64,000 bases of DNA from Girardia tigrina (Eukaryota). The DNA is taken from positions 27,862 through 91,861 of the forward strand of contig MQRK01193035.1 of the NCBI GenBank assembly GCA_001938485.1, written 5' to 3'. The notes under the pieces were generated by a model. That model saw only the letters and a list, made by a program, of their open reading frames with translations, was not told the DNA's origin and did not search any database. The translations under genes were made by a program, and so were the position numbers. Below are positions 51,330-62,200 of this stretch, in pieces (the first letter of the stretch is position 1; each line of letters begins with the position of its first letter).

Positions 51330-53050
51330 ATAATTAGTTACTTGGGAGACCCGCGTTCACAGAACAAAATTGAGAATTGTGAGACAATTGACTTGACGTC
51401 TTCCGCCTTAATTTATTTCCATATCGCAAAGCGAGAAAGACCACAATCGATTACACTTAAAAATGTTTGTTGATTGTACTTTGTAACATCCGCAGCAAGT
51501 CTTGTCCAGTTTTTATTGACGCTCAGCCTACCGGTTTTCCATTTTACGGGTGCCGGATCGATGGATTGACATTTTTGTCATCTTGAAATCAGATCCTTGA
51601 TATCCGCGTTTGACACACCTATTTCTTGCTTCGCACATAGATATCGCATTCTGTTTGCGCCTAAATGACACTTATCATGAAATTGCTGCAGCTTGAGTAG
51701 ATCGTCCATAACCGTTAAAAAACAATTGCTTCTTTTTATTTGTTTTTGGATTCTTGTCAACTCGTCCGCCTTGTTATCTTCGCTACTAACAAACTTGATC
51801 TCATATTCCTGACACAGCTCCTTGATCACGACAATCTTAATTAATTTATTAATTATTATTTAATTGTTCACGATCTGAGATTGTTGCGGTTACCCACGAA
51901 ACTACTGACTTATTATCCGATTTTACTATCACACTCCTTAAACTCCATTACACCAATAAATTTGAACCCTTTACAACTGCTTCTAGTTCTGCTACATTGA
52001 TATGTCTAGAATCATCAGTTTTTCTCAACCATGATGCATCCTTGATTTTGTTACCCTTGACTTCTAACACTACTCCAATGGCTGTTGAACTTGCGTCGCA
52101 CAATACAATATCTTCCCTGCAATCTTTTATGCCTTATAAACCTCTACAAAGATCATTCTGCATCCTCGTCTTTAAAAACCATTTAGTCTTCTCGAATAAT
52201 TTTTCGTCTATCCTTTCAACCCGCCTTCCCTTACTAAGTCGTTTAAAGTATAAACAATGATTTACCATTTCTTTCTCATTGTATTCTATTAGATAACCCT
52301 TTTCTATACAACCGTCTAAAATTTTAAGCGTTGTAACATCTTTTAATTTGTGGTTCTTAAAAACTGACTGGCGATTCGGAAGATTGCACTGCGCCTCACT
52401 TTTCCAATTCCATTTAATCGACAAACATTCATTAAACTCAATATCAAAATTATGCTTTTTTTATGCTAACAAGAAGTGCATACGATGCAGTATAACTAAA
52501 ACTCCCATCTTTCCTTTTAATTTCTTCTTCGTCAAACTCAATAACACTTTTATTAATTCTCACGCAGCTCAATTTATTTATGACATCCATGTCAATTAAG
52601 ATTCATAGACCGTACGGTAAATGTTCCATGATCGAACATTCAATCATAATACTCATGTTATTTATAGTCAGCCGCAATTCACCCGAACCTACTCTAACAC
52701 CCTTTCCATTCTCCAAAACCATACTTTCTCCACCAAAAAACAGCATGCATTTATTAAGTAACCTTTTTAAAACAATCGTTTTCGAACAACTCGAATCAAT
52801 TAACGCGATGGCCGATCTGTCATCAACGGTGATGATCATAGTATGCAACGCCTGAAACTGTAAAGGGAGAGAGCCGGCGCCTAAAAACTCTCCTGTTCGT
52901 TTGTCAACCGACAATATTTTGCGATATGATTTCTGGCATTTGTAGCAAATTGTCTGTCTGTTTGGTTGCCCCTGAGAACCCCTATAATTAATTCGATCAT
53001 TCGAATCAGTCTCTCACGATCAATATAAGATCCTTTGTGAAGATTTGTGC
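51330..53050 (-). mobile_element. Degenerate Gypsy gag-pol remnant (protease, RNase H, integrase)
   Basis: ALIDSSCSKTIV (protease); LCDASSTAIGVVLE..DASWLRKTDDSRHINVAELEAV (RNase H); FVSSEDNKADELTR; HDKCHLG; WTRLAADVT (integrase). Confidence 0.88.
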
Positions 53051-53099
53051 TGGCTTTATTGAGTTCTCCCTGACCTTCGGCGCTCCTTCTTTCCTTGTT

Positions 53100-53540
53100 G
53101 TTTCCGTGTTTTAACACTCTTACGGAGATGACGTGAAGTCTCTTCAATGTATGTGGCGTTACACCCATTACATGTATGAGATCCGAACACAATCCATAAA
53201 ACACAGTCGTAATGAAGGTGGAAGTAACATTGCAGGACACAGAAGACATTATAAAGGTGATATAAATTCACAACACTTTAAAATTCTGTGTACTCAATTT
53301 AAAAATTATTCGGAGAGAGTGACATATGAAGCGTTATATATAAAATCTATGGAAACTAAAATTAACCTTCAAACTGCAATCTCTATAAATTTGTTGAGAG
53401 TTTTTAAATGATGAACTGATTACCTATTGATTACACAATCATTAACTGCACTATATAAGTAAATTTCGTTTGAAAAATCATTTGTTCTGACGATGACGGT
53501 TAACCCGTCGAAATTAATAAACTTTGATTGGCTTAAAAAA
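53100..53540 (+). mobile_element. Penelope-like 3' fragment with a 5' inversion
   Basis: Minus piece CNGCNATYIEETSRHL (about 53105-53178) joined to the plus piece ..HSRNEGGSNIAGH..EALYIK..KINLQ; 3' hammerhead. Confidence 0.85.
53476..53529 (+). ncRNA. Minimal type I hammerhead ribozyme (PLE 3' end)
   Basis: aatca-ttt-gtt CTGACGA t gacgg-ttaac-ccgtc GAAA ttaa TA aac-tt-tgatt. Stem II is perfect, stem III is the palindrome AUUAAU, and stem I is extended with an internal loop. Confidence 0.85.
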
Positions 53541-55669
53541 ATTTTATTTGACAATTTGCAAATTTTTTTCAATTTATTTACAAAAAACATATATTAAATA
53601 ATTAAAATATCTAATATCAGACACTACTTTAAATTTAATTTGTTTTTTAAATTTAAATTTTTTATATTTTAAAATTTAACAATTACTTTATATTTTATCT
53701 AAAACTTTTCTTTTAAATATTATTAATAGTGTAGCTTTATTACACATTTTATCCACATTACTTTCTTTACAATAAATCTTTATTTGTTACTTTTATACTT
53801 TAATATTAATTAAAAATGTTTTGTGAGATTTAATTCAAAAATTTAAAAATGTTTTCCAAAATCCTTACAATAAACACTAATTATTTTAAAATATTAATTT
53901 ACTTTATTTATTTAAAATTTTTTTTATAAATTTATCAAATCATTTAAAATTTTAAAATGACATTAAATTTATTTATATATGTTGATTTAAATCAAATTAA
54001 TTTCAAATTAGAAGAATTTACATTTTAATCAGCTTGGTAAGAGAGACATAACCTCAAATAAACACTCAACATTCAAACACAAAATATCAAACATGTTTCA
54101 CTCACAAAAAATGGACTTCAATTGCTTGGAAGATTCCATTTGGTTAACTCTTTCGACTGGTCAAGCGAAACATTAGTTCTCGAATCGATCATGTCGGTAA
54201 TTCGATTTTGCCACGGCGTCAAAAAAAATTTCGTTCACCCAATGGTCAGTTTTCCTTGTAGGTTGACATTGTAAGGGTTTACATACAACATTTGGACCTT
54301 CACTGGGAATGTTAGATATGTGGTTGTATATATTAATAGTTTTAATAAACTATGAAAAATTATATTTATATTTTGATGGTGTCCTCCAATATTTCTCAAA
54401 ACTACTACATATCATACTAAAAATAGGACAGAAATTTATAAAACTTTGAAGAAATACCTCAAATAAATTATTTTGTATGTTCAAATCACTTTGAAGGAGA
54501 ATACTGAAAAGTTATTTTCTAATGAATAAATATTTAATAAAAATTTAATATATGTTATTTTAAAATTTTAAGATATTTTATTTATTATTTAATTGATTTT
54601 TTATTAAATTTCCATAAAAAATATCCGTTAATTTGACATTGAAATAAATAATCAATTTTTTTTAATTTAAAATTTTTTTCTTTATTTTTTATTTAAAAAC
54701 TGTTATGAAAGTAATAAAAAGAATAATAAAAGAATATCTAATATTGAATTTAAAAAATTAAGTTTTAATTTATAAAAGTTTGGCTGGAAATACAAACAAT
54801 GTTTCATTGAAAATTCGTTACAAATGTCGTATCTTTTATCTGAGTTTTCGAAAAAAACTATTGTTTGTTTTAATTGTTTACCGTAGATGTTTAAATGGAA
54901 TATAATTTCTTTTTTAGAAATCGTCAACAAAAGTGGTTTGGGAGAACGTTTGATGGTTGGATTACAGTTATGCTGAAAAAGGTCTTTAGAGACGGTTTGA
55001 CTTGTTGCACGAAAATTAACAGTTAATGCTGTTAGAAACTCATTGGCCAGTTGGAAAAATTTTGAATATGCAGATTATTTGAATTTTAAATTTTTGTATA
55101 TTCGGAACTTAAAGGTCATTTGAAATTTTTAATTAAAGTTAGAAAAATTTTTTTGGAATGAAAATTCACGAAATGAAATTAAAATTCAATATTAATTTTA
55201 TAATTTTTTTCCCGTTTAGGTTTAATAAAAATATATAAAAAAATTTTCTCAAATAATTTTGAGTTAATTGTATATTACATAAAAAAGAGATTTTTTGTTT
55301 TAATGCAAGCAAGTATATTAGAATCAATGAAAAAGAGAAATAAAAAATTGTGATAGTGTTAAATAAAATTTTAACTTCAATGACAGAGTTTTATTATCAC
55401 TCGAGTGATATGCTGCCCACATCTAACAAACGCCACTAATTTTCAGGAAACACTAATAAAAATTATAAAACCTGTTAAGCCCGAAAAAATAATTTTCTCT
55501 TAAAGTAATTACATTGCATTTTTTCTCAAAAAAAGTAGAAACATAATAAAATCATATTTAAAACAAGATATACCTCGAGGAACTTGTCAAAGCTTTTAAC
55601 TTATACCGTAATGGCTTTATGATATTTTTAAAGCTACAGATATTTGTTGTATTCAGATAGAATTTTATA

Positions 55670-55925
55670 TTAAATAATATCTTGAAAGTTCCCAAAATCC
55701 CCGCACATAGCTAATGCATCTCAAACAAAAGATCGATGAGTTAATTAATAATTTATTACATTTAGGTATCAAAAGACCGTGTAAAAGTTCGTGGAATTTA
55801 CCTTTGGTAGTTGTATCCTAGAAAGATGGCTCTATAAGAATGTGTCTGGATTTTCAGAAATTAAATGAAATTACAGAAAAACATTCATTTCCAAAACCAG
55901 ATATAAATTTGCTGTTGGATTCAAA
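55670..55925 (+). mobile_element. Ty3/Gypsy RT N-terminal fragment
   Basis: LGIKRPCKSSWNLPLVVVS*KDGSIRMCLDFQKLNEITEKHSFPKPDI. Confidence 0.85.
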
Positions 55926-56839
55926 AAAAATGAGGAGCTTCGATTCCTCAAATAATAAAATTGGAACGATTAGATTGAGTACTATGGGAGAGATTTACAC
56001 CTACGGAATACGTTTCGTATCAGCCAAGACCATAAAGATGTGAGGCAAATAAAACCATTCATACACAAACTAGGTGGCATCAGGATGTTAAGAATCGTAT
56101 CTCTAGTACATCGGTCCTTCTTAGGAATATTATATGGGGAACCGATAAATGTGGCCTCCAACGGGTCGGCGACCCGTTGACTCACACTGTGTACACTAGC
56201 CAGGTGTGTTCACTTAAGTTCTGTGGTGCGTAAGGTGCCAGAGGTAAGGGATATAGTAATAATCAGGTATATTGTATATACTGGTTGTACTCATATCCCT
56301 CATACAATGGAAGAGGTGTGGTGTTGGGAAGGTGTGAGAAATAAGGGATACTCCATCACTGGTCTTAGGGAGCGACCAATATAGATTCCGATACACGAAA
56401 GGTAGAATGGAGGCTATAGAAACGGTGGTGCGGTAGATTGTGAATAGAAAGTTTGTTGAAGAAGTTTGTGATAGTGCACTGTCTGATGTGATTCCATATA
56501 TGAAGGATGAGTGGAATCATGTACTTGCAGGGGTGCAGCACTGGCCACCAATGATCTGTACAACTGGTCTCAGGGAGCGACCTCTATGGATTCTGATACA
56601 CGAAAGATGGGCTGGAGGCTGTAGAAACGGGAGTGTAGGGAGGTGGTCGTTAAAAATAATATGGAGAATGGATCGGTGGAGTGTAAGTCCGCCAGATAAG
56701 CTGATGAATCTATAAATAGTATAAATACCGTCAGCCAACCATTGGCTGATATACTAACTCTTGATGCCCGAAAGGGCGGTTGATGTGGAAGGGTGTGCCT
56801 GCATGGTGAAGGGCCTGTGTGAGGAGCACAGGCAAAGGC

Positions 56840-57060
56840 TGGTTGGAAAAGGTACCTAACCGCTATTCTATCGATGAGCCTGTGTGGCATGTGGAGATGT
56901 TCACCCAATTGAAGTGGTGCGGGTGGAGGTTGCTAGTAAAAAGAACCCTCGTGTAAACCAGAGGTGGTATAAGGGACGCCTTCGGGTCGATATATGCACC
57001 GAATTTATTTAAGTATCAACCGGGGACTTTTCCTCAAGGATCCAGAAAATACCAATCATC
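56840..57060 (-). pseudogene. Possible CRESS-DNA-virus Rep (SF3 helicase C-terminus) endogenous fragment
   Basis: DDW..YLNKFGAYIDPKASLIPPLVYTRVLFTSNLHP, then after a shift HRLIDRI. The order and spacing resemble Walker B, B', motif C (ITSN) and the Arg finger. Confidence 0.45.
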
Positions 57061-57139
57061 CATCTGTGTAGGAGAGGCACAATCCGAATCAATACACAAC
57101 ATGCACAATATCAACACACAATTCAAAACATTCCTCACA
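57054..57139 (-). mobile_element. Family A LTR 5' fragment
   Basis: Reverse complement tgtgaggaatg...ttgtgcctctcctacacagatggatgatt. Confidence 0.65.
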
Positions 57140-57579
57140 GTTGTATAGTATCTTATATTGGTTGCGAGATGTTTCATCTCTGAACGATTCATCACCCCTT
57201 TATTTTTGTAGTGAATGATTTTTATTTGAAAATAATACATCAACTTTTTTAAGAAAGTCTGGAATTTCGGATGTGTTGTGTATGAATGCCTTGTGTTGCT
57301 TTGAAATCGTGATTCTCATACGTAAATTAAAGATCAGTATATTAATTATTCCTTTTCCAAACCTTCAAAAACTGATATAATTAAAATTTAAAATGATATT
57401 TTTATTTGATACTTAAAATATTTTAATTTTAAATTTGATATTTGAAAAATATATTCATGTGTATTTATTTACTATTATTTTTTTTATTTAGTTCAATCAT
57501 GCCCGTCTGATGAACCGTTCTATAAGTGGTCACGATCAAATGGGTGACTAATTATGTATTGACATATAATTATTATTTA

Positions 57580-57820
57580 CTAGAAAATTTATAGGCGGCA
57601 AGCCGCTTGTGAAAAAAAACTTAAAAATGTAGAAAATTTTTTAATTTTTAAAATACTTCACTTGAAAAAAATTCACTTCATTTTGCTTGTTTTCAATAAA
57701 AAATTATAAATTCGTAGTTTGTACACTTGAGCTAGCTGTATCATTTACTCTTCATTTATAAATAAATGTTGTTTCTGAAAGTGTCTATGTCAAATGTCAA
57801 AACTAACTTCTATTATAGGA
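57580..57820 (-). mobile_element. Short non-autonomous Helitron
   Basis: Reverse complement ends with the hairpin aagcggcttgccgcct, then CTAG|T; a TC-ctataata start lies near 57820. Confidence 0.55.
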
Positions 57821-58007
57821 AGTGCCTTTGGTCTTTAACAATAAAGGCAGCTGATGCAAGAACTATGAATGCATTGGCAGTAAAGAAAAAAGTTCCTGTT
57901 TAGAAGTGAAAAAAAGTTGATCACAGTAAACTTTGAGCCTGATCGACAAACCACCAAACAAACAAGAATTTAAGTCAAATAATTAATAATTAACAGAGAG
58001 TTTTATT

Positions 58008-58138
58008 CCTTTCTAGAAATGGCCGGGTAACCTGCTGAAACACTGTCGTGTCAGGAATAGTAGATTGAAATTATCCCACTTGAACGAAGAATTCCTAGTA
58101 AATTCAAGTCCCTAACTTGTGCTGATTACTTCCCTGCC
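58008..58138 (+). rRNA. Degenerate 18S rRNA fragment (pseudogene)
   Basis: ccgggtaacctgctgaaac..ttgaacgaagaattcctagtaa..gctgattacttccctgcc matches the conserved SSU 3' motifs GAACGAGGAATTCCTAGTAA and GCTGATTACGTCCCTGCC. Confidence 0.85.
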
Positions 58139-58139
58139 A

Positions 58140-58570
58140 AATGACATTTTTACTTTTTTGTAGATGAGATGATATACCAGATATCTGAGAAGAAAATTTA
58201 TCAAATATTTCCGAAAAATCTGGAGTCTTCAGTTGCACATTATCCATGGATTTCGGTAGATTTTTGAAAAACTGATTATAATTTCCATCATCCGAACGAC
58301 ACCTGCGCATTCGGAAGGTTTAACAATTTTCCCAAATTTTATCTTTGACAGATGGAAAAAACCCTTGTACGTTCATGATAGCATCATATATCTTTACGTG
58401 TAGGTTCTTGTTAACTGCCACATAGTTAAATGGATGCTTCAATTTTTTTGCAATTTTTTCAATAGCCATCATCAGATTTTTCCATGCATTATTCAATCTA
58501 TTCATTTCTTTAGAGTTCAAAGAAATCAAATTTCGTAAGAAATAGCCATCAACTATAATCACTACAACTA
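58140..58570 (-). pseudogene. Unidentified coding fragment with one in-frame stop
   Basis: ORFs 58320-58562 and 58104-58310 are in the same frame, separated by one stop; no family recognised. Confidence 0.3.
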
Positions 58571-58615
58571 CAAATTCAAAATTATTTAATATTTCAATAA
58601 AAAATTACCGAAAAC

Positions 58616-59654
58616 ATGAAAATTGTGATTGTCAGCAGATTATCGGACCCGGAAACCGTCGAATTTGACCCAAGCATAGATTTCGCAACTTTTGAAATGA
58701 TCACGTAAATATAGATCCGGAAAATCTTCATATTAAAAAGACGGTAAAATAATCAATGGCGAATCGAGTTCGTTAATCGGGAAACTTGGAATTAAAGATT
58801 GCGATGTTTTGTATGCATCAATCAAACCGAAACAATCGATAAATACTCCAACAACAAGTTCGAGTGGCACTTTCATTGATTTTTCGGGCATTAATCAGAA
58901 TCGTTTGGCGAGAAATCACAGTGCAACACCGAATCGATTAAATTTAAATCCAACAACTGAACAATTGCGATAGAAACTTTTGTCGCTTCCATGCGGACGC
59001 GCTGGCCACTTATCGCGCGTACAATCCTCAACTGTGTGACCATATTCATGATGCCGTAAAATTCCAACAATTATTCGAGGAACAACAGCGACTGATGCAA
59101 TCGACCAATCAGGAACTCAACCAACTGTACTCGGCCGACCAGCTCGACCCGGCTGTGCAAGCCCGTATCGAGGAGCTCATCAAGAAGAGCAACATCGACT
59201 CGCAGATGGAGCACGCAATGGAACATAACCCGGAATCGTTCGCCCAGACGACGATGCTCTACGTGGACTGTCGCATAGACCAACTGGCGGCGAAGGCCTT
59301 CGTCGATTCCGGTGCCCAGATGACCTTCATCTCATTGTCTTTTGCGCGTCGTTGCCACGTGGACCATCTGATCGATACTCGATGGAAGGGGGTCGCCCGC
59401 AGCGTCGGCACGCAGCACATTGTAGGCCGCGTCCACTGCGTCCAGCTGCAGATCGCCGGCGTCTTTCTCACAATGTCCGTGAGCGTTCTCGAGGACCAAG
59501 AGATGGAAATGCTGATCGGACTCGACATGCTCAAGCGCTACCAGTGCTCGATCAATCTCAAGCGGAACGTTTGGAGATCGGCAGAATCGGCGTTGAGACT
59601 CCGTTTTTACCCGAGAGCGAGTTACCGAGCCACGCCAGGCTCAACAATTCGTGA
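58616..59654 (+). pseudogene. DDI1: DDI1/DDI2-like (UBL, helical domain, retroviral-like aspartic protease) intronless pseudogene
   Basis: AMEHNPESF..MLYVDC..KAFVDSGAQMT..IDTRWKG..GLDMLKRYQCSINLK..TPFLPESELP. Lesions: frameshifts in the UBL, an in-frame TAG (LR*K near 58970), and frameshifts near 58990 and 59570. Confidence 0.9.
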
Positions 59655-60142
59655 TCTATCATGCCGTGTTCTAATCCGTCTGTGTGTGTCGATTTTTCGT
59701 TTCTTTCTTTCTTTTTTTTTCATTTTGCTATTCACTATTGAGAGCACGAATATTTTTATCATTTAACCATGCCTACAGAAAATCCTATAACAATTAAATC
59801 AACCTCTGATTATATTTATATACTGTATACAGAGAAGTTAAAGTAACATTATTTATTAATATTATTTTCCCTAAGACGTTTTTCTCGTTCATTATGATTA
59901 TAGATTCATATCTTCTTTGTACTCCTTCCGTTTGTTAAAAGTTATTGATTAATATAATCATTAAATTAATAATATTTTTCATTTATTTATTTACTAATTA
60001 AAAGTGAGTTGATAGATTCTTACAAATATAGTTAATCTGTCGGCTCATGTTTACTAATAAACTTAAAAGAATTTTTAAAATGATATTGAGTTATTTGAAA
60101 AAAAACATTAACACGCCATTCAAAATTTTTATCTTTATAAAA

Positions 60143-60185
60143 TTTTATTAATTCTGACGGTTAGCCCGCCATCATCCGGCACAAA
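60143..60185 (-). ncRNA. Decayed hammerhead of the 53476 family
   Basis: Reverse complement CGGATGA tggcgg-gctaa-ccgtc AGAA ttaa TA; both catalytic boxes are mutated. Confidence 0.5.
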
Positions 60186-60729
60186 ACAAAAAATGGATGA
60201 AAACAATGATTTCTTTTCAACATTAATTTTTCAACATTTTTCCGTATTTTCCAATCTACTTTAAATATTTCGATTATTCTACAAAATATTATCTGAAAGA
60301 TTCTTTAATTATGATTGAGATAGAAAATTGCTGCCGGAACTTTATCTAGCATGGAAAGATAATACAAACACGTAATTGGAGAATGAATTAAATTATAAAT
60401 CTTTTTCTATTTATTTAGGAATTACGAGAAATTACTGAATATTTTTCTGTTTTTAAATTAATGGAAGTATTTTCTTTGAACTTTACTTGAAAAGCAAATG
60501 TAATATATTAACATTTAAGACATAATAATAATAACAGTAATAATAGTAATATTATTATTTTAATATTTATATTTACACATAATACTTTATGATAAACATA
60601 AATCTTAAAAATAATCATTTTAATTAAAATGAAAACTAAAAAATAAATTAATTTAATAAAAGTTTAAATTATTCTTCTAATTATTGAAATTTTATCATTT
60701 TATCTTCATTCTAATGTCATAATTTAGAC

Positions 60730-61880
60730 ACAATGCTCTCACAATCGAATGATCATTGACGAACTTCCATCTTGTCCTCCAAATATTTCAGTCAAACTGA
60801 ACTTCGAAATCATCATCTTTGATTTCTAACTTCTTTCCCATTTTAAGTCACGTAAATGTAGTGATAACGAGTGATCTGGTTTAATTACCACCAAATTTCA
60901 CGCATAAATCATTACCATCTACTTGTATCGTTAATCTATCTTTGAGAATAATATCGTTTCTAACGATTATATCTACATCTGGAAGTATTATTTCAGCTAC
61001 AATCGCTTTAACATGTCCCAGATCGTTTTATTTTTCAAGAAGCATCGAGTTTAGTTGCACTCTATCCAAGAAAGCCACCTAAATACCGTCAGCAACTACA
61101 AGATTTAAGTTCTTTATCTTGTCTATTCGTGAAATCTTGCATCCTCTTCTGATAAAAGTTGCACTGTTACTTGTGTCGACCATCACTTTCATCTTCTACT
61201 CGTCAATTTATGTTTGCCAGATCTATAAATCCAGACTCATGAATCTAGTAGTTTTACCAACAACTCTTTTAAATGTCTCATTTGGTCCTATGTCCTTAAT
61301 TAAGTAGAGGTTGAACCTAGATCCTCATCCTCATTGTCGTTTCCCAATACATTACGATTTGATTTCATATGCCATACTTTGACAAATTTATAAGATTTAC
61401 ACTTACACACATTTTGTGAGTGTCCAAGGAGATTTTTTCCAGCACATCGTAGTTTGTTGTGAGTCACTGCAACCACTTCAGGTTATGTTGATTATATTTC
61501 ATCTTTTAACTTCACTTTGAAATGTTAAATTCTTTTTCAATTTTGGCTACAACCTCTTTCTTTAACTTGTCTGGTAAGCTGTGAATGAAATACATTGAAT
61601 TGATCGGATTAGTTGTTTTATTTCAGTCACTAAGACATACAAACTTTCATTCGGTAGAATTTTCTTTTTTGCATGCAGTAGCCACTCATCAAATTTGGCT
61701 AAATTGAACACTCAGGACAATTTACTTTTAATTTGCTTCGCATTTCTTTGATAATCAGATGATAATCCTTACTCGTGTTATAATCTCGTCCATCTATAAT
61801 CATCATTTTCAACTAAACTAGCAACCTCAATATGGAAACTCAAATTTTTCGATCCAACGCTTGACATAAGATCATCGATT
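60730..61880 (-). mobile_element. Degenerate Gypsy gag-protease remnant
   Basis: Decayed zinc knuckle near 61350-61400, VMVDTSNSATFI protease, and EIKDDDFEVQFD*NIWRTRWKF. Confidence 0.7.
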
Positions 61881-61994
61881 TTTTTGAGATTCGGGATTGA
61901 CTTAATTGCCAAGATAGCTACCGAATAGTTACCAAGTAGTTACAAATCGATAATAAGATTTTTTTTAAGTGATTTAAAAACCGGATTTAAAAAT

Positions 61995-62200
61995 GATTTA
62001 AAATTTGGTATGTTGAAATTTGTATGTTGAATTTTGTATGTTGAGTTTAGTATTTGTAAATGTGTTTCTCCCACTCAGATGGAAAATTGATAGTTTGGAT
62101 GTTCACAATGAATTCGAACATAATTTGTATTTTAAATTACAGTGTAAGATATTTTAAAAACTTTAAAAATATTAGATCGATTCAAATTTTAATATTAAAA
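61995..62200 (+). mobile_element. Family A LTR fragment
   Basis: aaatttggtatgttgaaatt..gtgtttctcccactcagatggaaaattgata. Confidence 0.75.

Noticed and set aside
57500-57547. Hammerhead-like gcccgt CTGATGA accgtt..agtggt ... atgggt
   Set aside because: Stems I and II can pair, but the GAAA box and stem III are missing; at best a dead relic.
57580-59654. Helitron capture of the 18S fragment and DDI1 pseudogene
   Set aside because: The Helitron appears to have its own 5' end near 57820, so it probably does not span those sequences.
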